The notes under the pieces are model-generated. The model saw only the letters and a program-made list of their open reading frames with translations, made no database searches and was not told the DNA's origin. This document shows, one piece after another, positions 11,685-22,890 of a DNA stretch of 33,509 bases. The DNA comes from Octopus bimaculoides (lineage: Eukaryota). A program made the position numbers and the translations under genes. The DNA lies in the NCBI RefSeq assembly GCF_001194135.2, contig NC_068992.1, forward strand, positions 68,081,580 to 68,115,088, written 5' to 3'. How positions within the stretch are numbered: position 1 is the first letter of the stretch; every line of letters starts with the position of its first letter.

Positions 11685-11895
11685 AAGTCAAGCTGACAGA
11701 GTCGTTAGCATGCTGGACGAGATGCGTAGCAGTATTTCGCCCGTCGCTACGTTCTGAGTTCAAATTCCGCCGCGGTCGACTTTGCTTTCATCCTTTTAGG
11801 GTCGATAAATTAAGTACAAGTGAAATTCTGGGGTCAATATAATCGACTAGACCCTTCCCACAAAACTGCAAGCCTTGTGCCTATAACAGAAAGGT
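11685..11895 (+). mobile_element. tRNA-derived SINE, family A, with 14-bp target-site duplication
   Basis: A-box-like agctgacagagtcgttag, B-box-like gagttcaaattcc, body ggtcgactttgc...ggtcgataaattaagtac. Direct repeat ttatttatgttgtt at 11671-11684 and 11896-11909. Confidence 0.85.
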
Positions 11896-14224
11896 TTATT
11901 TATGTTGTTGTTGTTGTTATTAAAAAGTGATTTTATAAATATACGTTAGAAATATTTGCATTGTGTTGATATAAAATATTTGAATAACTGACACATTTCT
12001 TTTTGTATTTGGTAAAAACGTATTTGGATTGTGGAATTTAGGGCATAAGCAACCACGCCAGCAAACCTATTATTTGATGTGCCATCATTTTATTTCTCAA
12101 CAGAAATGTATAAAAATCTTCTGTTAAGATATATTTTCACATATTTTAACTGAAGTTACAACACATTTTTGACGAGTGATTCTAAAAGCAATAAACACAT
12201 CATGTTAATGTTGATTTAAATAAACCGAATTGGCACATACCTTGCTTTAGAAACCACTACATGTAATTCGAAAAAAAAAGACAAGGAATATAAAGAAATA
12301 CATGGACGTTATTCCATTTCTTGTAATTTCTTTGGCTTGCAGCTAAGATAGTTAACAGGAAATCTATTTAAAGAATTTTGGGCTGGTATCAAATGCAACT
12401 TACATTAGAAACTTTTAATTAAATTCAGAAATAATAGAAGGACTGTCTTGCAGTTCATTGCTTATAATTTAACTAAAACCAAGCTAGGTTAACATAAATC
12501 AGTGTAAGACATTATAAGACTATTGGCATCAATGGAAATGCGGAGAATTCGCCAGAACTATTCAACAAGCTTATAATCGGTTGTCAAATTAAATTTCCTG
12601 TTCGCATGTCAAGGGACAAATTCTATTACATTTCCAAAGACATTGGACGGTGAGGCCATAATATATTTGCTCCTCCTTCATTGCACCTGTCAAACTTAGT
12701 TTTCACATTATTTGCAACAAGTAGAATGCATTTTATTCAACTTCCTAGAACGGTGGATGATCCTGAGAGTGTTAGTTTAACAGCCGAGCGGCTGCTGGCT
12801 GGAAGCTTATCATTACCAGTGCTATCGGATTAATATATCGATCATTTGACCCTTAATGTGCCGCACGTTACCTAAAGTCATTTAGCTGTAAAAAAAAAGC
12901 TCTCTGTGTTATATGAATTTCGAGTAGCAAACATTCAATTTTTTCTTCAACTATTTAATCTACAAAATTTTTTTAAAAAATATATTTGAAATATCTGTTT
13001 GTGCATTCTGCAAAGTTATTTTCCTCCCCGACGGAGATCAACATACGCATTTCTCAATGCTTCAGACCTTGTCATATCTCTTGGGATATGAGATGATGGG
13101 TATAGAGATCGTGATATTCAAGAGGAAAGCAATGTTGATGACGATGATGGTTACAGTCCTAGGATCATCGTGTTAACATTGCTCACAATTTTATTGATTA
13201 ATCTTTTGGTTTCAGGTTTAATATTGTCTGCTTTGAGTGAGATAGGTTTTCATTGTGATGGCACAGATCATTTACATGGAATACGAAACGAATTGAAATG
13301 ACTTCGTGACGCAGGTCGACTCACACACCAGATATACTTGAATGCTTCTGGCCATCACGTAAATCCGCCGAGAAGTAATTAAGATTAGCACAAATAAAAT
13401 AATTGCTCATATATTTTCAAACAATTCACGTAGTTTTAGCGCATTTTCCGATTTAAATACCACTGTCTGGCTCCTGTGATGTTCAATTTGTTAAAAGTCT
13501 TCGGGGCGGACCTACGCTTTCTTCCCTCTGGCATATTTAGTTTTACCTATAGAGATTGATTTACAGATGTTACGGCTGAAATTAACCGCAGAACACTCGG
13601 CTAAAGAGCACATTCACATTCACCCTTTACATGCTTTAACTTTTTTTAAATCTATACATTTGTATTAGGAGTGAGTGACCCCTAATGTTAGGAATATTCA
13701 TTGAGTCTAATCAGGTTATTTAATCCTTATAATTTTCCCATTTTACAAACACGTGTATGTATTCAACAGTCCTGCTGGGAAGCGAAAATTAGGCTTTCAA
13801 TCATTCCTCAAGGAAGTCGATGTCAATGAAATGATTTCCTAAGAGAATAGACAGACAGATTATATTAGTCATTCTGTTTTTATTATTTTCTTTGGTGCAG
13901 TGCAGTAAGAGAAAATATTGAAGTATTTATTCCTAATGCCTTGTATTTACTTACACAGGAACAAATTCTGAGTTTTAATTAAACTAGGATTGATTTTTGA
14001 TGTGATTCTCTTCAATAATACATATTCTAGTCATATAATTCACTAGCGTATACTTACATTGTAACAACTCTATCTCTTCATATGCAGCTACTGAAATTTT
14101 ATATCCATTTTATAACAATGTGAGGGAAGCTAACCAAATTATCTCCAGGGTCCTTCAGGAGTTTGCCATTCCATTAAAAAAGATAAAAATCAATAAGTCT
14201 GGTAAAGATGTCATTTTTTGTTAT

Positions 14225-14266
14225 ATGTACTTTATATATATTTATATATATATTTATATATATATT

Positions 14267-14297
<31 letters not shown>

Positions 14298-14314
14298 ATT
14301 TATATATATATATT

Positions 14315-14345
<31 letters not shown>

Positions 14346-14356
14346 ATATTTATATA
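14225..14356. repeat. (TA)n array with periodic TTT interruptions, ends in N-gap
   Basis: tatatatttatatata units seen directly; produces the spurious YIYI ORFs. Confidence 0.95.
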
Positions 14357-14396
14357 NNNNNNNNNNNNNNNNNNNNNNNNNNNNNNCATATAAGGA

Positions 14397-14515
14397 GAAT
14401 TCACAAAAAAAAGAAAAACAGACGAAGACAGGTGGTGTAGACAACAAACAGATGTATTAGTTTAACGCTCGGGAAGTGAAAAAGTCTTTAACGTTTCGAG
14501 CCCACGCTCTACCAC
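14397..14515 (-). mobile_element. Penelope-type terminal repeat with degenerate minimal hammerhead motif, copy 1
   Basis: Minus strand: agagc-gtgg-gctc-GAAA-CG-TT-aaagac...ttcccgagcgttaaactaatacatc...acaccacctgtcttcgtctg. Homologous to 27345-27490 and abuts a (TA)-rich array. Confidence 0.55.
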
Positions 14516-14524
14516 ACTGATCCT

Positions 14525-15148
14525 GACTCTGGGGTCATATCACCTTCTGGTCCAGTGTAATCCGATTTTAGCTTGGTGTTGGACCAATAGTGTAGTACCT
14601 GAAACTTCATAGCATTGAACTGCACATTATTCTTGTTAGCTCATCTGTATATTTCATTCAGGTCTTTCTCTGGTTTCATGATGTCCTCTGGGTTCCTAAC
14701 TGCCCGCGACACATTTATTGGTGCCGTCAGCATAGCTGGTCAGATTGGCTGACTGTAGCGCGGAGGGCATTCTGAGAGGGCCACCGGAAATAGTAGTGGC
14801 CCCAGTACAGTTCCCTATGGGACTCCACTGCAAATTGGTGTCTCTTCAGAATGAGCACCATCGGCTACAACTGTCTGACTCTTGCCCTTCAACAAAGCAT
14901 GCAGCCACTCTGCCACTTACCAGGTGATACCAAGCTTTCGCAGTTTGTGACACATCATACCATGGTCAAACCTTGTCGAAGGCCTTGGTAAAATCGAGGT
15001 ATATCACATCTACAGCCGACTGGTTTAGCTGTTGCTTCAGTACCCAGTCAAATTCCTGCAGCAACTATGTGAGGCAGCCCGTCTCTGGAAGAAAGTCATG
15101 TTGCATGTTTGTGAGAAGTTTTTCTTTTAGGAACGTGATCAGCCTTTT
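14525..15148 (-). mobile_element. CR1/L2-group LINE reverse-transcriptase fragment
   Basis: LLTNMQHDFLPETGCLT*LLQEFDWVL...VDVIYLDFTKAFDKV, followed by a frameshifted SGVPQG/LGP-like region and SYADGTNK (YADD-type motif). Confidence 0.85.
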
Positions 15149-15293
15149 TCTCTCTCTCTCTCTCTCTCCCTCTCTCTCTCTCTGTCTCTCTCTCTCTCTC
15201 TCNNNNNNNNNNNNNNNNNNNNNNNNNNNNNNNNNNNNNNNNNNNNNNNNNNNNNNNNNNNNNNNNNNNNNNNNNNNNNNNNNNNNNNNNNNN

Positions 15294-15350
<57 letters not shown>

Positions 15351-16098
15351 GGGTGGGAGAGTTTGTAGAAATATGCCAAACAATTTGACAGGGTTACTAC
15401 GTAGTATGAAGAGTAGTTTTAGTCTGAAAGAATTGCTGGAAGTAAGTTGTCAGTATTTCAATTATTCCATTACGCTCAATTTTGTAATCTATAATCGAAA
15501 CCACTAAGTAATTACAAATTATAACATCTTTGATCGTTCATAGTTCTAATGTGCTGTAAATTTCTAATTTGTTATTAATTGTGATTACAGATAACAAAAA
15601 AAAACTCCACAATAATATAAGTGAGGAGTAACATTTTATTTTATTTTATTTTCTTCATACTACATACTTACACATATGTGTATGTATGTATGTATGCATG
15701 CATGCATGTATGTATGTATCTATGTAACTTTGATTATGACAGTAAAAAAGAAAGATGTTACGTAAAGACAGATCGCTGGATTAATAGGTCTATAGGTCTG
15801 GAGATCATGAAATTTAATCTAATGGATTGAAGTGTATTAATAGTATTAGGACTATTGACCAGCAAGGCAGAATTAAAACTGTTGAAATGAAAAATAACGA
15901 AGAATCAATTGTAAACTCACTTCTAGTATATTCTGGTTTATGCCACAATCGAAAGTTATTATTTCTCTAACATGAAGGCAATCATTCCAGATGACATAAG
16001 GGAAGCACTTTTACACGAATTACATTGAATATATTTAAATAACACATTGAATTCTTGGAAAATATGAAATATTTTCTGTTTAATATAAAGAAAATGAT

Positions 16099-16109
16099 GT
16101 AGTGGTAGC

Positions 16110-16163
<54 letters not shown>
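16099..16163. repeat. (GTA)n microsatellite
   Basis: Long run of gtagtagta seen directly. Confidence 0.95.
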
Positions 16164-16184
<21 letters not shown>

Positions 16185-16604
16185 TTTTGCTATTATTGTT
16201 TTGTAGCTGTTGTTGCTTTTGCTATTGTTGTTGATGATAATGTTGCCTTGTACTGCGTCCAGTCCAGCTGAGACTGAGTAAACCTCTCATCAAAATCATT
16301 ACACATTTCGCCTCGGATGTTCTGAATGTAATAATATATTGCTCATTGTATTACAACAGTGATGGCGGACAAAATAAAGGGAAATAGCTCTAGTTGCTAA
16401 AGCAGTAGGTTCCGATGGAGTTTGCAGTAGTTAAAAATGAAGAAGGTAAAATTTATTCCACGTTTATAATCTTAGGAGAAAAGTGAAGGTAAGGAGCTAG
16501 AATGGAATATGTGTATTTCAGATTGTAAGTGCTACAATAAGAAGATAATTTTATGCAAGGAATTTCAACAAGATTAACAGGTACACACTCACTCCATCAC
16601 TGTT

Positions 16605-16637
<33 letters not shown>

Positions 16638-18646
16638 TGCACACACACACACACACAACAAAACATAGATAAGAATTAATACTGTGGCTGATACAAACTG
16701 ACATTTCAGTTTTATAAGAAAAAGGCCTGCCGCATGCAAGCATAATTAGTGATTTCATAGCGTGTTAAGCATGGACATTCCAAATACTTGTCTTACTACA
16801 GCTTATTACGGAATATGTTGTCTGTAAATTGTCTGCTTCAAGTATCGGGAAAATGCTGCACTTACAGTTATTAAACTTTTTCAATGTGTCAATTAATTTG
16901 CACAGCACCCAAATTTAAGTTGCTCACACACACATACACACACACACACACACATATATATATGTGCGTGTGTGTATGCGTGTGTGTGTGTGTGTGTGTA
17001 TAGAGAGAGAGGCAGATAGACAGACAGAGGCAGAGAGAGCGTGAGAGATATACACATTCATGTATGTATGTATGTATGCATGCATATATGTATGTATTAG
17101 TGCATGCGTACACAAACATATACGCGCGTGCGTATAAATATGATGCGAAAAGGTTTGAACGATGCAAGAGAGTGAGACTGAGGATAAGTTTCCTCGGAAA
17201 TGGAGATTGAGATTGACTGGTCTTGTTTCGTGAGTGAATTCGATGTCTGCTCCACGAAGCGCCTCTTTTGGACTCCATAAAATATAGCCATGAACCAAAG
17301 GCTGTTTATGAACCAGGCGGCTGATTAAAGACATCAAAATATCGATTCAGTCCACTTTGATTTTGGAAACGGAATATCTATTTTGCACTCGAATAAACAT
17401 CGTAATTTAGGTCCGTGTATCACAAATGTCCATTACGTACGTTTAACGTTTAACGTTTAACGTTATGTACGTTTAACGTTCAAAAACGAGTAAAAAAAAT
17501 GTGCAGCAGCCGGGGCTCAACGTCGCAGTATTGCTGGGTCCTGGCGTTTATGTTGAACAACTGTTGCTGGGTGAATGGGTCAGATTGGATAAACTTCATT
17601 GCTTCTGAGAAATACATTGTTAGCTCTTGTGAACGTTGATTGGAATGGAGATATATTGTTGTTGTCGTTGGCAACAATATCTGCTCAATTAACTTTCAAT
17701 CGTCTGGATATGTGAGATACTTATTGGTATACCACACGGTTTGGCTGTTTTTTTAACTCCTCGACACATTCATGCTTATACTATTTCTTTTATGTTTGCA
17801 TGTAATAGTATTGTTATAACTTCAAAAGTATGTATTTTCTGACTATTCATGTATGCAGGCATATCATTCCTTGGCAATTAAATCGAGGAACATAAAGGGA
17901 TTAGAAATGATAAACACACTTTTTAATTTCTCAGTAAGTTTAGTTAGCGGTGTATGTCCGATTGCTTTCTGATATATTTGCTCTACAAGCACTTCCAGTA
18001 TAGAGTTCAGAAGTGTAGCAAGATTGACCATTGATAAGGCTATGTGTTTCATAGAAGCACAAAAGATAAAACTTTATAAAATAATTCAGCAATGTATTTA
18101 TGCTTTCGTGACGTTTAGACCGATGTTAATAAATTGAGTGGAATGCTTCCTGAAAGTATCCTGCTGGTCACGATAAGCACAGAAAACGCTAAAGATTTAA
18201 TCATGAACAGAACTGATTATTCCACAGAGCTTGATATTTCCCTGACATCTTGAAGCAAAATAACATTGGAAAACTTAAGAATTCTTTCTCCTCTCATTTC
18301 GTTAATATTCATAGGAAACAAAGAGAAACTCAAAAACAAAAAAAAAAGTGGATTTACGAAAATAAACCCAACACAGGAAAGGTCATGGCATTCCTATTCA
18401 TTTATGTCGGTTGTTTTCTCAAGATAAACTAATAATTCATTTACAGCCAAGTAAAAAATGAAAGACTTGAAATAGTTGTATATTAATTGGGTCAAAGGTC
18501 GCATCTTGCAAGATTCATTTTCAGTTATGGAGGACAATAAGGATGCTTTCTATTTAAATACTATTGACAATTGAAAGATTATCGAGCAAATAGATCACTG
18601 TCGGGAGAATACTAATCATAAACATACATTTATAATATATATATAT

Positions 18647-18730
<84 letters not shown>

Positions 18731-19193
18731 GAGGAAGAGAGAAAGAGAGAGAGAGAGAGGGGGGGAAAGATATTGATGCAAAGAAACACGCTCAGGCTTG
18801 ATATATAAAATATAGATACATACAATACACATGTAAATATATATATATATATGTATAGGAATATATATAGAGAGAAAGAAAGCCTGAATATGTGTGTGTG
18901 TGCGTGACTAAGATAACAGTTTGTAGGATACGTGGGGAGGGAGATGAGCGAAAATAACATTAGAAATAAAATACAATAATATCAAGGGAAACAAAATATA
19001 AAATGCAATAATTGGAGGTAGATGAAAGACGTTTCCTCCATGTATGAGGCCGCCTGTTCCCGATATCAACACACACACAACACACACACATGTATATTCG
19101 TATATACATATATGAATATAACCCCCCACACACATATATATATATATGTATACATACATACACATACATGCATTTATCTATATGTATCTATTG

Positions 19194-19237
<44 letters not shown>

Positions 19238-19348
19238 TTAAATAAGGGTGACAAATTGAATATGAATTTGATTAATATCAATTTAAAACCAGTGGCCTAG
19301 CAAATTGAAAAATCTGAAGATTCAGAAAAACTTTATATTACATACATA

Positions 19349-19890
19349 TAAAAGGGATGACAATTAAGTGGACATCCCTTTCGCTAGAAGACCAACTACG
19401 GTCTGACCACTAAGACGAATGTTCTCAAAAAAATTCAGCAAATACTAGAACGTAAGCGAGCAGGACAAATGAAAAGATACAAAATATAAAGATCGGTTTC
19501 GATGTTAACGAATTACGTAATTGTCTGCAACTCTATAGAATGATCGTGCCTTTCAATATACTTTGCAGAACTATACACGAAACGTCCGCATGAGATTGAA
19601 CATGTATATAGTTCTACTAATTACATTGGGGTCATATTTCAAATGTCTTCGTTCTGGCGCGCCAAATACCGGGAATTATATTGAAAAGAACGATCATACT
19701 GAAGAGTTGCAGACAATTACGTAAGTAATTCACTAACAACGAAACCGATCTATGATTAATCCTTTATATTTTGTATCTTTTCATTTGTCTTGCTCGCTTG
19801 AATTTTCTTGAGAACATTCTTCTTAGTTGTCAGACCGTAGCTGGTCTTCTCCTAGCAAAGGGATGTCCACTTAGTGGTCATCCATCTTAT
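19349..19890. mobile_element. Fold-back element: ~210-bp inverted arms (19351-19560 / 19677-19888) around a 116-bp spacer, in TA-rich flanks; inverted Penelope-type terminal repeats or a MITE
   Basis: Left arm ggatgacaattaagtggacatccctt...gatcggtttcg...aattacgtaattgtctgcaactc...tttcaatata aligns with the reverse complement of the right arm, with scattered substitutions and a few short indels. Confidence 0.9.
19693..19756 (+). ncRNA. Type I hammerhead ribozyme motif (short stem III variant)
   Basis: Stem I ATCATA (19693-98), core CTGAAGA (19699-705), stem II GTTG...CAAC (19706-09/19737-40, canonical G10.1-C11.1) with an inner AATTAC-GTAA-GTAATT hairpin, GAAA (19741-44), CCG-ATC triplet (predicted cleavage after 19750), stem I partner TATGAT (19751-56). 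Confidence 0.65.
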
Positions 19891-20518
19891 ATGTAGGTAC
19901 ATATGTATACATACATATATATACATATATATATATCTATATATATATATCTATATATATATATACAGCTATATGTTTGGATGGGTGTATCCCTCGACAT
20001 GTTTACGAATGCTTTTTGTTTGTGCATATATACATATATACGCGGGTCGTGTGTGTATGTGTCTGTGTATGTGTGTGGGGGTGCATAGACGGTTGCATGA
20101 GATGTGTAGAAACAGATACACATTTTTATTGAAAGGTATAGGTTGTTAAAGACGAGTTTCCATTGAAATGGAGAACGGTTACAACAAAAATATCTTTCAA
20201 GAGCAATGATATTTTGGGGGCTAAAATTAGTTAATTGGAAGAAATCTGAGAAAGACTTAATATAAAAATAAAAACAAATATAATTTCCATGGCTTAATTT
20301 CAAGTAAAATATCTTAAATGAATTTCATAATGTTTTCTGTCATGTACTCGATCTTCAAGTACAGCTAGACTTCAACTGCAAAATACGTTGACATTTTTTC
20401 TGCAATCACTATTCCAAAAGCTACGGGAGCCAGATGAGTGCGGAATGAATACTATGGATTACATTTCAAAAATAAATGACTGAAGTTAATTAAGCAGAAA
20501 TATCATCCATATAAAAAT

Positions 20519-20550
<32 letters not shown>

Positions 20551-20619
20551 CCTGTGTTGAACACGTATAATGTAGTCGGCATGGAAACCCACATAGAAAT
20601 GCTAATATATATGTATATA

Positions 20620-20819
20620 TATAATCATAAATATACAGGGATTAGCATGAGTTGCTTCTCCAACATACTGAAAATGTAGAAATAGCAGTCAAAGAACTAC
20701 TGATTCCAAATTACAAATTTTTTTCTCTAACGGATGGCGATATTCTTTGACTGCTATTTCTAAATTTTCAGTATGTTGGAGAAGCAACTCATGCTAATCC
20801 CTGTATATTTATGATTATA
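20620..20819. repeat. Near-perfect hairpin: 77-bp arms (76/77 matching), 46-nt loop
   Basis: 20620-20696 versus reverse complement of 20743-20819; single mismatch (aaaatgtag vs aaaatttag). Confidence 0.95.
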
Positions 20820-20927
20820 AATGGTTTTACCGATACAAGTTTTTTCATAGTGAACTACTTGGCAAAATTGTTAATTATTAATTTTATTACTAATTGACGA
20901 TTCCCTGCCCTATATCTGTATATATGC

Positions 20928-20966
<39 letters not shown>

Positions 20967-21226
20967 TACATGTGTGTGAGTGCGTGTGTGTGCGTGCGTG
21001 GGTGTGTGCACGTGAGTTCACGCTCGCGTATGTGTATGTATTTGAGTATGTGAAATGCTGGTCTAACAAACATATCCTAGATTGTTTAATCCGAGGCAAA
21101 AATTTGCAAAATTACTAAAATATTAAAAATGTACAATGCATGACCCTGCAAAGATAACCTCAGTACGAACAGTAAAAAATTTTCCGAATAAACTCGGTTT
21201 TAAATAGAACAGTAATATATAAAATA

Positions 21227-22030
21227 TTAGGTTGTTCCGAAAATAATGGCCGATTTCAGATACAATTTTATTCTGGAAGAATTAAGAATAGAAATGTTTT
21301 GCTTAGTGAAAGTGCGAGCCGTGAACTGCCATCGATCAACGAAATATTTCCGCTTCGTTAGTAAAAACGCATTGGCTTTGCTGGTGAGAAAGCTTTGAAA
21401 GCTGATTCCAACTCTGGTTTGAGAGTTTGACCACTTAATAAAGTGTTTAAATGCTTTAAAAAATGGTAGTCAGTGGGTGAAAGATCAGGAAAATTGGGAG
21501 GATGTGGTAAAGTCTCCTATGCCAAGACTTAATTCCTGCAGCGTCGTTCTTGCAACATGGCTTTGCATTATCATGGAGCAGAATTCAGCCACGCCGATTC
21601 ACCAAAGCAGTTAATATTATTATTGTTGCTCTCGGTATATCTGGGAGTCACCAATGTCTTTGCAAGAATGATTTCAAGAGCTTTGAATTTTAGGAACTGA
21701 GCTGAAAGAACATTTAAGTCTGAAGCTTTGTTCTACTTAGAATTGATGGGTTGTTATGAAACAGTGATGTCTGCTTGACTAAGTATTTTCGATAATTTGA
21801 TCTTCTTTTGTCTGGAAAACAACGTTCCACATTGCTTTTAGAGTCATATCAATTTCGCGAGAGGTCGTCTATATACAAACCATCTTCACAATGAAGGAGA
21901 TAAATATATTTTTTCATGATTTGAAACTCACGAAATAAAAGGAAATCGTGTGTAACCGGAGAAAGCTTTTGTATTTAAATTAATAGCAAAACATCTTTCT
22001 TCGTTCGTTTTTCAAGAGAAATTACCAATA
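21227..22030 (-). mobile_element. Decayed mariner element
   Basis: TA (21225-26) then TIR ttaggttgttccgaaaataatggccg. The frameshifted minus strand at 21430-21610 gives LVNRRG*ILLHDNAKP...LPHPPNFPDLSPTDYHFF (HDNA and YSPDL motifs). The boundary beyond ~21720 is uncertain. Confidence 0.8.
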
Positions 22031-22602
22031 CATTCTCAAGTATTTACATTATAATTGTTTCTAGTTTCTCCGTGGGAAAGCTATGCTGTTTGTTGTAGCA
22101 GTCTTTATTTGATTGTTCTTCATGTATGTCCACCCATCTGTGCGATAAGTGTCTCTTATTTAAAATTTATTATCTATTTACCCGTATATATATCATTGAT
22201 TTTGTAACTGTAATTAATGAAATGTTTTTTTTTAACGTCACTCTACCACATGTCACTTATTATAATTAATCGTTGATTATAAATATCTTCTGCGGATATC
22301 TTTTAATATTAAGGTAGATACCTGAGTAGGCTAAGTACATAAATAAGCTCTTATCTTGGAATCACCGGTCAACATTAGTAAAATATCTGCAGATATGTAT
22401 TTCGAATCTCTCTGCTTTCAATTTTAGAGCAATGGCTGCTTGTGTAAGCCTGTAAGATATTCCAGATACTCTGCTAATATTTGATGCTGTTAAATATTTT
22501 ATGATGTACAGAACGATGAAAATGTTTAATGATTGAAAACAGTTTGCATTAAACAACTTACAGTCTTGTACGAAAGAACAATCCAGACGATTTAGTTGGA
22601 CC

Positions 22603-22890
22603 TAGAATATAGGTGGTTAAGGTATTCGGCTCACAATCACAATGTCGGGAGTTCGATGCCCAGCAGGACACTTTATTTCATGCTGCTCCATTCCACTCAA
22701 TTGGGAAAATGAGTAGTATCTCTATTTCAAAGAGTCAGCTCTGTTACATTCTGTGTCACGCCCGATCTCCCTGAGAGCTATGTTAAGGATGCGCGTGTTT
22801 GTGAAGGGCTCACTCACATGTGATTTCACAAATAGACTGTTCCGCTGGTCGAATCGATTGGAACACTCGTCGTCGTAACCGACGGAGTGC
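22603..22890 (+). mobile_element. tRNA-derived SINE, family C
   Basis: A-box-like ggtggttaagg, B-box-like ggagttcgatgcc, central ggacactttatttc..gctccattccactcaattgg block similar to the conserved cores of invertebrate SINE superfamilies, 3' end cgtcgtcgtaaccgacggagtgc. Confidence 0.7.

Noticed and set aside
11685-11780. tRNA gene (also 22603-22670, 27870-27938, 30605-30690)
   Set aside because: A/B boxes are present but no complete cloverleaf. Each continues into a shared SINE body, so these are tRNA-derived SINE heads.
13092-13301. 69-codon plus frame with acidic stretch and apparent transmembrane helix (DDGYRDRD...IIVLTLLTILLINLLVSGLILSAL...)
   Set aside because: Preceded directly by a stop with no good acceptor or ATG. 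The acidic part resembles the decayed (GAT)n tracts seen elsewhere (e.g. 1970-2030), and the hydrophobic run is expected from T-rich DNA. An internal acceptor at 13215 leaves a small chance of a short exon.
15424-15442. Plus-strand 19-nt micro-exon candidate (LKELLE, gtaagt donor); similar candidates near 22430, 25190 and 31875
   Set aside because: Short AG...GT pairs are frequent by chance in AT-rich DNA; weak acceptors or no linkable neighbours.
17435-17480. Possible CRISPR-like or telomeric array
   Set aside because: No unique spacers; the 7-mer is not TTAGGG/TTAGG; eukaryotic context.
19349-19890. Interpretation as an integrated true viroid or virus
   Set aside because: The two-polarity hammerheads follow automatically from inverted duplication of one repeat, and one copy is decayed. 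A Penelope/retrozyme-type origin is simpler, and no viral genes are nearby.
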